A DNA stretch of 64,000 bases from the NCBI GenBank assembly GCA_030141605.1, contig JAQGDQ010000037.1:744001-808000 (forward strand). Direction: 5' to 3'. A program made the position numbers and the translations under genes. Under the pieces are notes generated by a model. It did not search any database. It was not told the DNA's origin and saw only the letters and a program-made list of their open reading frames with translations. Source of the stretch: Tubiluchus corallicola. Lineage: Eukaryota; Animalia; Priapulida. This document shows, piece by piece, positions 24,349-36,300 of this stretch (position 1 is its first letter; each line of letters begins with the position of its first letter).

Positions 24349-26890
24349 ATGGCATTGTGTGGACGCCTGTTTATGCGGAAATATCGCTTAAATTATTTGG
24401 CTTTGAGTCAATCATTTGACAAAACTACATTCGCAATACTTGTCAGTAATTTATGTACGAATTCTACCGAAGTGGCTAGTCTTAACAATAGAGATGAATT
24501 AAGTGAGGAGGAGATTGAAAAACTTAGGAACATTTCAAGACTCAGTGATCATATGCGTTCTAAATTAGACCATGCTGCTAAACTTCAGCCACTTACAAAA
24601 ACATGGCACTTAGAGAGGAAATATCATCGAAGATTGTATGCTCAATTTGGCAGAGAATCTGGGATTAATCCAGGTATCATATGGCCAACAAATGAAGAAC
24701 TATCAGAGATGATTGAACATGAGAATGAATGGGAACCCAGTTTACATGATCGATTACAAAAATCGAAATCTAAAGCTGAAGAAGAAGAACAATATTATAA
24801 ACAGAAGTGAGCATGTAAAAATTCTTGTTTATTGATTAGACATAAGGCTATTCAACAGTGTAAAGAGCAGTTGTAATTTACTTGCATTGTGACACTATAA
24901 AGCTTCTGTCAGGAAATAATGATACCATAAAATTTGCTAATTTACGAAACCCTAGCTGTGATGCATATACTTTGTTTGCTCTGACAGAACAATAGCAAGA
25001 AAGACAGACACTAGAATATAACAGTACATAAAAGTCTGTCAGATTTTTATCTTGCTGTACATTATTTATTTATTTTTGTTTAATTTTTTAGCTCCAAAGT
25101 GTTATTCACGTACATTTAGGTATATATTACTAATACTAACCTGCAAAATACCTGCCTCAGCTAAACAAACAAGTTGAAAAATGTCAGAGTGACCTACATA
25201 GTTGTTATTCCCCATATAACGATTGATAACAGTTCACAAGATCCACATTACTAAGACTTTGTATGTTAAGAGAAGGCTTGTTAAGACACAAGGATAAATT
25301 TTCTTTTATTAATAGATCTTGGTATTAAAATGTTTTTAGTATTTCATATTTTAAAGTTTTAATAAAAGTTGTTTCTTTCAGTAGTGTGAGTGTCTGTTTA
25401 AGTTGAGAGGTTGAATGCATTTTCAAACTCCGTTAATTCCAGAGATTAGTTCAGTGGTTGGCACACATTTACATAAACAACAGTGGTTATGGTAGGACAG
25501 TTCATTATCAAGGATGTTCTTGTAAGATACCTACCTACCTACCCACGCTTATATTTGATGTTGATATCACACCAATGTGGATGGCTGCCTAGTCCTACTA
25601 TGATTCTGCAACTATATATCTTTTTTTGTTTGTAGAGAAGCCCTTGTTTTGGAAAATTTATCAAAAATGAAAGAACATGAACAGGAGGCCAAACGTCTGA
25701 AACTGGAGAAAGAAAAAGAAGCCATTAAGGCAGCTGAAAAGAAGCAGAAACTTATGGAAGAAATACAAGAAGAGTTTGGCATGAGGGTTGATCCCAGAGA
25801 TCCTAGAATTAAGGTGTGTGATTATTTTTAACAACTTTGTTGGCCTACTTGAATGTGATTGTTCATAAATGTAATGCAAGTTTAGTTTATGAGTTGTGAT
25901 TTTTAAGATATGATCATATACAACTCCTGCAGTGTCATGTTTTTCTTTCTCTGTATTGCACTTTCTTATGACATAGTGGACTGAAAGTGGCATTTCTTTT
26001 TGTAAATGCGGTTTTCTTCATGTTGTCATAAATTTTTAATTTTGGTAAAATTCATAGTTTATTTACTATAAACCCTATAAACACTTTCTAGTATTGAGAA
26101 TGATTACAGTGTTCCTTCACTTATCGAGGGTGTTCCGTTCCAGGCCCATATGCGATAAGTGAATTTCCGCGTAGGGACGCTATACTTATTTTAGTAGTTA
26201 TACATTATTTTAAGTCTTTATAAATCCTCCCCACACTCTTATACATAACGCTTTCCCATTTCCCTAATAACTTTTCCCGTACTGTACATGTACCTTTTAA
26301 AAAACTTTACTTAAATGTTCACCGCAGATGAAAACGACGTACACATGCTAACGTGAAATGGAAGAGTTGAGTGGGGGTAGTTGCGCACAGCGAAAGAAAA
26401 CTAATATTTTTAATATACTTTATACATTTTGTGATTTTTTTATGCAAAATTCATCAAATCTATACTTTACTGTACAATACGTACTGCGCATGTGCAAAAA
26501 TACTTTAGATGGAGTATCGCAAAAACCCCCGAAACAGCAAAAATACCGCAATAAATATTTTACATTAATATTTTTGAAAACCCGCAAAACAAACCCCGAA
26601 GTAGCGAACACTGTATTACCAATTTTTGTCGACAAAGTAACACAAAACGTTATTTTATCTTTCATATTAGTTTGTAAACAGTTATTAACAACAGTTTTCT
26701 AGATAATAACAAAACAAACAGAACCAGTACTTTTTTTTCAAAAAATAGCAGCTTGTGTAGTTTTTATTATGTTATCTAGGAATTGATGGAGAAGAAACAA
26801 AAAGAAGAAGAAAAAAGGTTGAAACAAGAAAGGAAAAAAGCCAAAGAAGCAAAAATGGTAGCAAAATTGTTAAGTGGACAAGGAAAGTGA
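24349..26890 (+). CDS. GADD45GIP1: Mitochondrial ribosomal protein mL64 / CRIF1
   Basis: Exons 24349-24806, 25636-25813 and 26780-26890 (TGA) are in phase. Motifs YHRRLYAQFGRESGINPGIIWPTNEEL and EEFGMRVDPRDPRIKELM, followed by a K/E-rich coiled-coil tail. Confidence 0.88.
26107..26613. mobile_element. Tigger/pogo-like MITE in GADD45GIP1 intron 2
   Basis: TA|CAGTGTTC ... GAACACTG|TA termini with a TA target duplication and subterminal ccgcaa/ccgcg repeats. Confidence 0.75.
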
Positions 26891-27665
26891 GCTAATACGT
26901 ACAAAATTTTTATTTTAAGTATTTGAAAATGTCTGACTCTATTTAAACTTGAATACATTGCTATTGTTAAATCAGTACATTGCTGTTGTAATTTTCTATT
27001 TGGATGACAAGTTGTAAGTTGTAAGTCGATATATGCACGACAAGCTATGACAGAAATAACTTTTACCACAACTTCCTTTACGAAAATAGTATTTACAAAT
27101 TCTAAATGGTTACAATCTAAGTAGCTATAAACTTGTAAAACGCCTATCTTGTTTTCATGAATCAGCAAGTTTATTTTTCAAAAGTATGTACGTTATAGAC
27201 CATTAGCATATTCTTATAAATATTTTAATTATGGAAGTTAAATAAGTAACATCAGACTAAGCATACAATCAATGTGTATTTCAACAGGTAAATAAATAAG
27301 ACAAGCAAATAATTTTAATTTAAACCAGCATTCAGCAAAGAATTTTACAGAACTGCTCAATTTCATATTCAGGTACATGTAAATCTTTTTCTATTAACCA
27401 TCTTTCTAATTAGCTATTATGATTATCAATATGTTAAATACCTTAACACTTAGTTAACTCTTAATATTATGCAATAGTAAATAATATTTTATTAAACTAC
27501 GTTAAAAACCACATTTTAATCTACGATACAGCAATTGTCAGTAAATTGCTTAACATTGGAACTCAAACTCTTTCAAGCTTTTCATTTGTAGCTCACTGCA
27601 TTGTTTACTGCACACAGAATCTTGCTGGTTCATTTTTCTTATTAAATATGTTCATGGGAAAGTCA

Positions 27666-28790
27666 TTAGGAAAATTTTTCTGAGAGAAGAATTGGAGCAG
27701 AACGAGGCCTGACAGGTCGAGACATATCAAGAATTGTTGGCTCGGCTGAGTTAGTTCTGTTAAGTTTATTAGCATTAGTTGTATTATTGACATGTGATGG
27801 AGTGCTTAAATCACAGATGTTGTTTATCACATAATTTTTCATATCCACATTTTTGAATTTACTTTCGGTCTTGTATTGAGCCTGAAGTTTTGATTTGTGT
27901 TTGGTTAAGTTTGTAGCTGAATTTGCCATCTGCTGTGAATTTGTAACAGCAGGAAATGACCGTTTGTCATGCACATTGGGTAGCAGAGATGACCGAGGAT
28001 GTGTTGTTGATACATGCGAGTAATGGCTTCTTCCATCATATGTGCTGTGTCCACATTCTTCACAAACATAAATCTTCTCTCTTCTTTGCTTATAGCCACA
28101 TTTTATGTTAACTTGATGTACCTTGAGTTGATGTGACTCCAGACAAATGCGTTGCGTAAATGAAGCCTCGCAGTAATTACATTTGTATGGTCGAACACCA
28201 GTGTGAATGCGGGTGTGCCGTTTTAAATCGTATTTGTCATGGAAACCTTTCATGCAGAAAGAACAAACGTACCTCTTGATGTCCGAGTGACATTTTACGT
28301 GTCGGCGTAAATGTCTCCTACTTTTGAAAACTTTACTGCACTTTGTACATGACAAGTCTTGCTTTTCCGCTTCCTGTATTTTTTGCCTTGATTGCTTTTC
28401 TGGCACAGCAAGTGGATTTTCGATGCCAAAGCCTCCATTAATAACTCTGACTGGTTTGCTTGGAGACATTCCAAGCCTGTTATGTATGAAAGCAATATTA
28501 GGAAACGGTGCAAGTGGACTGAGCACTCCGGCAGCATTTTGACAGAGTGTGACATTTTGGTTTTTTGGATGGTCCAGTTTTTCTTTGCTGATGTTTGCAT
28601 TGTTGTGTGACGCATCTGACTTAATTTCGAAGCCATTGATTTTCATCTGTTTACAAGATGTCTCATCATAGTTTACATTTTTATGTTTTGTTACATTTGC
28701 TGGCTCATTTTCATGATTTTCTGTTTGTGAATTGCTGTATGCTCGTTGTGTTATGCTGGGATACTTGCGCACCAGAAATGACCTTGGCAT
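27666..28790 (-). CDS. ovo: Ovo-like C2H2 zinc-finger transcription factor, single coding exon
   Basis: N-terminal SNAG motif MPRSFLVRK. Four fingers with Ovo-diagnostic linkers: HVKCHSDIKRYVCSFC, DLKRHTRIHTGVRPYKC, FTQR..LESH..KVH, YKQRREKIYVCEECG. Confidence 0.92.
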   Translation of the reverse strand: MPRSFLVRKYPSITQRAYSNSQTENHENEPANVTKHKNVNYDETSCKQMKINGFEIKSDASHNNANISKEKLDHPKNQNVTLCQNAAGVLSPLAPFPNIAFIHNRLGMSPSKPVRVINGGFGIENPLAVPEKQSRQKIQEAEKQDLSCTKCSKVFKSRRHLRRHVKCHSDIKRYVCSFCMKGFHDKYDLKRHTRIHTGVRPYKCNYCEASFTQRICLESHQLKVHQVNIKCGYKQRREKIYVCEECGHSTYDGRSHYSHVSTTHPRSSLLPNVHDKRSFPAVTNSQQMANSATNLTKHKSKLQAQYKTESKFKNVDMKNYVINNICDLSTPSHVNNTTNANKLNRTNSAEPTILDMSRPVRPRSAPILLSEKFS

Positions 28791-30519
28791 CGTATCTAAC
28801 GTGAATGTAATGGTAAATGCAACAGGTCTGATGTTTTTATGTAAAGTCAGAATTTTTCTAATTTCTCCAACACAGCCTGTTCTTTGCTCTGAAATGAAAG
28901 AATTATTTGATTACAGCTACATTGTTCGGCAGTCCTTGTATTACTGCAAGTTGTGTAAGTTTGACTGTCCATTTTTATTTTTAGCTAGTTATGTATTAAT
29001 CTAGCAAATCATTTGTGAATTTCACAAACATGAGCTAAATTGCAATGTGAATAGCAGAATAGGTCAAAAGTTGCAAGTACAAAGTTATAGTTGAAAAAGT
29101 AATATGAAACAGTGGATGAAGATTACATTAACATGTTCCATAGTTTCTGAGCTTTACAGTTGAGAACTATAGCTCATCCTAACCTGCCAAAAGAATAGGT
29201 AAAAGGTTGCTAATTTAACAAACCGTTTAAAAAGAATGCATTGAAATTGCATTAAATGTACACTTGGCTCAAGTTTTTAAAAACAGTAGCACACATCCAA
29301 GCAAACAAGCATAATTAAAAGCGCTACCGTATAGTCACGTGGTTATGGGAGTGGAAATAAACTAGTTGTGCACCTTGGATACTGTTTTTTTGAAATGAGA
29401 AATGTAGCAGTATTAGTGTTTGTCAGTGACAGCCCTCCCATAAAAATTGGTTCTTGACCTTCGACCTTTAGATCCCATAGATGCATCAATTCTAGTATAC
29501 GTCAAGGTCAATTATAATTTTGTTGTGCTACAACCCAGTGGGTAATTTGGCAGTTATAACCAATCATCCTAACTGAATGCAGGAGTACTGGAAGCTGAAT
29601 ATAAACTGAAGAGGTATCTCATGTTTCATACAGTAGTGCAGTAAATTCCTGAATCTTGTGAATTTTGTCAGACACTGCCCTTCTTTGAAGCGGCTGCACA
29701 AATCCTGTTCTCTGATATATACTTTTGGAAAAGACCCACTCCGTAGGGAAAACTATTTTGTGTCTTACAAGATACCGAAGATGTTATTTAATTTTTCAAG
29801 CATGGGACTAGGCATATATTTGAAGTAGTTTCGTAGGATTGGTTCATGTAAATCATATTAGGCTAGAATTGCCCATACATCCACTCCATTAAATGGGGTA
29901 GTACACTTCTTTCTTCTATTTGGTACAGCATGTTTTACCTTGCTATTTTAGTACTTTTTATCTTATGTATAGTACAAGCCGTTCAAGCAGTCCGTAGAGC
30001 CATATATATTGAGTGCTGACGAGTGATTATTACTAGTTGCTTCTGCTTTCAATGTTAGACTCGTTAATAAACAGTAACTGTTAGTTTTTAGTCTAAGGTA
30101 ATAACTAATAATATCTAATACATTTTTCAATAAGATTTTTCATTAAGTTCTTTGCACAGTGTACCATGTGAAGACGTTTACAGCACTTGTGTTTGCCATC
30201 TACTAAAGCCACAATTAAACTAGTTAGCAAAAACCAGATTATCGTTAATCGCTTTTGTAGTTTTTAAAATGGGCTAATGTTTCTAGTTGTTATTTTTGCA
30301 AAATTACATTAAACAATGTAATGTAACACGTGTAGTTTTGACATTTTGGTATATGTATACCGTCCCATCTAGCTATTTTATTGAATAGTAAAACTTTTAA
30401 TCGACTTGCTTAACATTAATTACTGGAAAGTTTTCTAGAAGTGCACGAATCTAGACTAGTAAAAATTATTTTCGCTAAAATATAAATTTTACGTAAATTA
30501 TGTACTGCAAATACGTGTA

Positions 30520-31320
30520 TACGTACCTGTTCTTCTTCTTTAACAAGGAACAACAGTTTATGAAGCACTAAGGGAAGTAACATTAGCGCGTTTACCTGTT
30601 TATTTTGCCGGGTTTGCTACGCATGCCATGCTTTAACGTTACCTGTGCTATTTGTAAAACGCGAAGCAAAAACGGAAACGAAATGAGTTCTCGCTGTGTG
30701 TCTGTTCAATGATTACGATTGTTTTTGGTGTTTGCTACTTTTTTGTTTGTACTTCGTGGTTTGAAAATCTGTACAAAGGACCAGTATAACAACTATCTGC
30801 AAATGTGTAAATCAAAAAGAAACCCGTGTCTCCTGTCGAGCACAGAAGGAAAACCAGGTGCGTCTATAATTTCTTTTTCATCAATAAGGGCACTTGAAGC
30901 GTACCGCCAATAAAGTAAAAAAGCAATATAAATCTTGAAATTATAAAAAGTCAACTGATAGTTAATTCAAAAAGCTGTGCTTCAGTTCTATATGTTATCA
31001 AAGATATTCAGAAACTGTAATAACTTCATGATTTTTGTTCATCCACCTGGCAATGTTTGTTCTATATTTTACCAAAGCTGTTTCAGAAACTACGAGAATG
31101 TTGCGATTTTTTAAGTCCATCTAGCAAACTTCTTGCGAGGGATAAGACTAGCATCGTGTCGTGCTTTTCACTTCGGGTTTTCCAAAAGTTTAACGGTACA
31201 ACAGGTGCTTACCATAACAATAGAGTTCCAATCAAAGCAATCTGTGCACGGCTGACTGCAGGAACAGGTGGCAGGTGTTCCCGCTCGGCTGAGGAAATCG
31301 TTAACTACTGCCAGGTGTTG
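30520..31320. promoter_or_regulatory. Candidate cis-regulatory module upstream of ovo (CAGGTG/CAGGTA cluster plus an Ovo-type site)
   Basis: CAGGTG/CACCTG at 30855, 31044, 31202, 31265, 31272 and 31312; TACCTG at ~30524, ~30594 and ~30640; TAACGGT (ACCGTTA) at 31191. Confidence 0.5.
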
Positions 31321-31429
31321 CTTTTAACCGAACTGATTTATGAAACTTTTTTGTTACTCTGGATCTCGGCTAGGTTAGGCGAGGTACTATAGTACTAAAA
31401 ACAGTGAGATGCAGTGAAATTGCAAATAC

Positions 31430-31778
31430 CAGGGCCGTATTAATAGCCTATAGGCCCCAACGGGCAAAACAGTACACAGGACCCCCTAACTTCTTACACA
31501 ACTTCTCACAGGAATAAAAATGTAAATAATCAATAAAAAGCATTATATTTATTGTACTGATACTTCCAACAAAATCAGTGTTTAAGCATTAAAAAACTTG
31601 CTGTACAGCAAAGATGAATCAACACAAACGTTTGAATAATAAAACATGTCTTGAAAAACACAAAAATTTCAACATCAACAGTAAGTCACATTTTGATATA
31701 CATAGATTAGCACGGGGCCCCCTGTGCTTGTTGAGACCCCGGGCAACTGCCCAACATACACACGTTAAGACGGCCCAG
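31430..31778. mobile_element. hAT-like MITE
   Basis: Imperfect TIRs CAGGGCCGTATTAA / TTAAGACGGCCCAG; 8-bp TSD GCAAATAC (31422-31429, 31779-31786). Confidence 0.85.
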
Positions 31779-33322
31779 GCAAATACTCAAACTTCTAGGA
31801 GTAATAATGTAAACAAAATTCATTTTTTAAATAAGCACCCATTTTGATTATTGGGAACACAAAAAATTCAGTGTCATATATGGGTAAGAGGTTTTTACAA
31901 TCCCTTTCAAATGCAAAACTGTGTCGAACACAAAACGTAATTCAACACTCTGCTATGTTTAACCTTTTCACATAATGAACTGCGATTGGATACATAGCCA
32001 TAACGTTTTCAATTTGCCTCCCACAATATTTTTCCAAGTTAGTTCACATTGCTCGTTCACGTGATGCCATATATAGCGACTACCTGGAATGACCAGCAGA
32101 TCCGTTCAAAGCACTTTGCGAATTCTACGCAATTGGTTCTGACCTATTGAGATTTTTATTGCAGTAGTCAACATAAATTATCATTTGTTGCTGCATTATT
32201 TCTTTTGTAACTATTTATGATTTTATTATTCACAATAATAAAAACAAGAAATGTATCAACTATAAGAACAACAAATGTTTTACACGAGTGAGTGAGGAGA
32301 GGAAGAGATCATGTTACGCACTCCAGCTTGTTTTTTTCTCAAATTTACCATTAATCTAAGCAGCACTAACACAAGATTTTCTTCCTGGTGCGGTCCAGAG
32401 GTATATCAGTAGCCTTACTAAAAATTCTGTATTAAGGTTTTCTGTGTAAAAATTTGTGTCAATACCTTCTGCGTAAATTGAACGCATTGTATGGTCATGG
32501 TAAATCTAATAATTCTAAAAAACAAATAATCACATACAACTTTATTACAACAAAACAACAACAACAGCAACAACAAAAGAAAAACATATTAATCTGAAAT
32601 AGTAGTGAAAGACATTTTGTATTTTGAAAGCAGTGCCGTGCTTAGTGACTAATATATTCAATGAAAGCAGACGTAATTTGTTTACAATATTTGCAGTAAA
32701 GCATTTGCATATGAAAGTTACAAAAAAGCGGTGATTCACATTGGTGTGATAAACTACGCACAATTATTGAAAAATTAGTCAAAATAGCAAGCATTTTACA
32801 ATAAGAAATTTTACTCTTACAAACAGCCAAAAATAATTTTTTACATTATTTGGTGCATTTGCCAGCATTTTTTTTAACATGACCAATAGAATAAAGCTAA
32901 AAGTAGTTGAACTATTACGAAGATAAAAACTTAACATATAACAATAATTGTAGAAACACACCTTTTCACGGTATACATATATCTAAATATAGTAGCAAAA
33001 ATAGATTCTCTTTGAGGCCAAATAATTTATCAAAAATATACTTGTCATTAATAGTAACAAATTAAACAATTTCCCCCATAACTGTGCTTCATAATAATGC
33101 ATATATTCTTGCAAAAATACCCCATATAGACAACTCTATTGTGTTTGCAAAACTATAAGTTTCCCATTACCATTGTATGATCATAATTTAAATAAATTTA
33201 GTATAATCAAATATAATTTTTGCACTTAACAAAACAAGTGTAATTGTATTAACTGTCCATGATCTAAAAATATCCATCTACTTAAGTTATTGGTAGCTCA
33301 TGGTTTTTCACATCTTCAATAT

Positions 33323-36300
33323 TTAAAGTGCTGGGCAGTTAAGATGTGAGCTCCCTTCATAGTTTCCTGCAAGACAAAAATATTATTGAAGTTAAGAATG
33401 AAAATAATTGGGGTAAAATCCCTCTATGAGGTAAATGGTGTAGAGTGAGAATTGAAGCGGTTCACCCATGCACCCACTGTATAGTCTTGGTGCCATCTTT
33501 ACTTTGGTAACCAAGATGCTGCTGTTACCATTGGACTCACAGATGCCCGTGTTATTCACTTGATTAATATCAAGGAAAAAATCAAGGCACAAATGCAGTA
33601 CTTACTAATGTGGCACCTTCTATTTAATTGCACTTAATAACACGCTTTCACGGGGGATACACATAAAGGCAAACTCTATAGTGCACTTGATAGTTGACCA
33701 ACGCTCGAGTGGAAAAGTACAGTTATCTAAGAGTAAACTTCTACGTCATTAAAAATTAAATTCAATCTAAACCCTCACCTAATAATAAGCGTTTACAACC
33801 TAAAATCCTAAAATCTTACACTCATTAAGAATTTTCAATTTATTTTATTATAAACTTACTATAAAACTTGTTTATTTTGATTTTTTGTCACTTTGTTATT
33901 AGCAGTATCAAATTTGAAAAAATGCCATTTTTGTTCTTGAGACAAATGATGTAATGAGTACAGTCACAATGTCACGAAAGATCGATAAACAAACATTGGT
34001 AACCAAAGACGCTTTCTGTACCTCGTACATTATCCTCACTCACTCTCACCAAAGACGCAAAGACACCAATGCACGTTAAAAAAATTCAATGTCTGTTGCG
34101 GCTTTATAGGTCTCTAAATGAGTTCCTTAACACCTTTACCTAATAAAGAGCAGACTCACAACCGACTAGAGAAAAGGATCTCATGATGGAAACGTCATAA
34201 ACTATCTGTAAAGTAACAGCTGAAGCAGGCATATCTTTTTATTTCTGAATTTTTTTGAAACCGCTCTTCAATTTCACATCTGGATGCTGAACACAGTTGT
34301 ACTGATTTTGTCTTAACCAATTTTCCTTACTTATTTGTTTCATGCATTATGCTGAGGATAGTCGCATTAATGTGGTACATTGATGGATACAGAAAGAGAC
34401 GTAGAGAAGACGTGCGACTCACCACTTATTACGGCATTATATACTTCTGAGTGCATACTGCTGTCTGGAGTTGAAACAATGAGTGAAACCATGTCATCAT
34501 GTTTTGAAACATGTACAGCATGCGCATCGGGTATAGCAATGTCGACACCATTGATGAATCCAGCCGCTCCTGTAAAACAATACATTATCACAAAACCAAA
34601 ATATCAGACTCAAAAAATGTCTTCCCAAACTCTAGAAACTAAAATTTCAACATTTATTTTACAAATAACTATGGCAGAATGACAGCCGAGTGGTGACATT
34701 CATATGTTTCATTCCGTGAACGGCATGTGATTCAATACCTGTTCTGCCATTTCACCTACCATACTGATTTTGGCTGTTTAACTCATGAAGGGAGGATGTA
34801 AACATATTCGAGTGGCTGAAATACTTCTATTGGGCCAGTAGCTCATTTACCAGGATGTCCTTGACAATGAGCTATGTTCTAGTCATGCCACAATCATCAC
34901 ATTAAGAAGGACAATGCCACTGTATGCTGGATTCCAGCTTGCAGTGTGCCAAAGACAATAATAAAATGCCTAAAGAAAATTTAAATACAAGTGTAGATTA
35001 GTAAGAGCCAAATAGAATCATACTGCAGCAACAGCAATAATGAATTTTAACAAGTTTACAAGGTTTTGTGGATAAACCTTGCATAAAATAATTTCTTACC
35101 AAGATACGGTAAAATTGTGACAAGTTGGTTCTTTTTCACTATGGCCAAGAAGATATCCGGTTTCGGTCCATATTCAAAAATTTCCAAATCAACTGCATCG
35201 CTATAATCAATTTTGAATTTGACTTCGAAGTGATCTTCAGCTTGATCATACTTTAAAATCTGAAACAAGATACTCACAAATAAGACCTAAGACAATAACA
35301 AAACAACTACAAATTATTTTTTGATGATTTTAACTAATTAAAAAATAAGATTTTGTGATATTAAACCTAAAACATGCCAATTTAAAAGTTTGTGCTTATT
35401 TGAATTTCTACCATACTAAGCATAAAAATTGGTTGTTTGCTTGCCAGACTTATTTTCCACTCATTGCAAAAAGGGTGAAACTGCAACACAAAACAAGAAC
35501 AACAAACAAAAATAAAGTAAATAAACATGTAAATATATAAGGAACAAGCATTAACATACCAGTAGTGTGTGCATATTAATACAATGTGCAGGACTTTATT
35601 AATTGTACAAAGCATTTTCAAACTTGATAAACCTAATCTTCTGTGAGAATGTTTTATTTACTAATTTTACTAATGTATTATTTTAATTGTTAAGTCTTTC
35701 ATAGTCTATATTGTACACTCATGCTTAATTTCCAGTGATATAATATTATGTAAATTCAAGTTAAACTTCTAATTTAATTTTTTTAACTAATGAATGCACT
35801 TACAAACTTTTTTGAGGATTTGTAAATTTTCAGAAATCAACAGAGCAGTGACAGCTCGTGTATAGGTACTGTGGTACTGCAGCATCCTCTGTTTTCACTC
35901 ATTATTGTCGATAATATTTAATATAATAATCTTTTTTCTTCAGTTCTTTCTTTATACTTGTGGGGAAGCAGAGCATGTGAGGGAAGTACAATTTGCTTTA
36001 CAGTCCAAGCAACGTGGTATTTGGCCTCTGTGCGCATGCGGCTATGCACACAGGTCTGAGATAAGACACTGTACTTTAGGTAGACAGAGTACTGTCGCTC
36101 ACTGCAGTACGTGTTGTCAGTTGTCACGTGTTTAAAAGCTGTGTATCAGCATATGCTTGAACTGCGACAATTTGGGCTATTCATAAGAAAACAAGATTTT
36201 TTGTTTAGAAGTTTATGAAGGTTAGGTTTAAATTAGTTTGTTTGTTTAAAATTACAATTACAATATTATAATTACCTATGTTTGTTTCGTTTTATATAGT

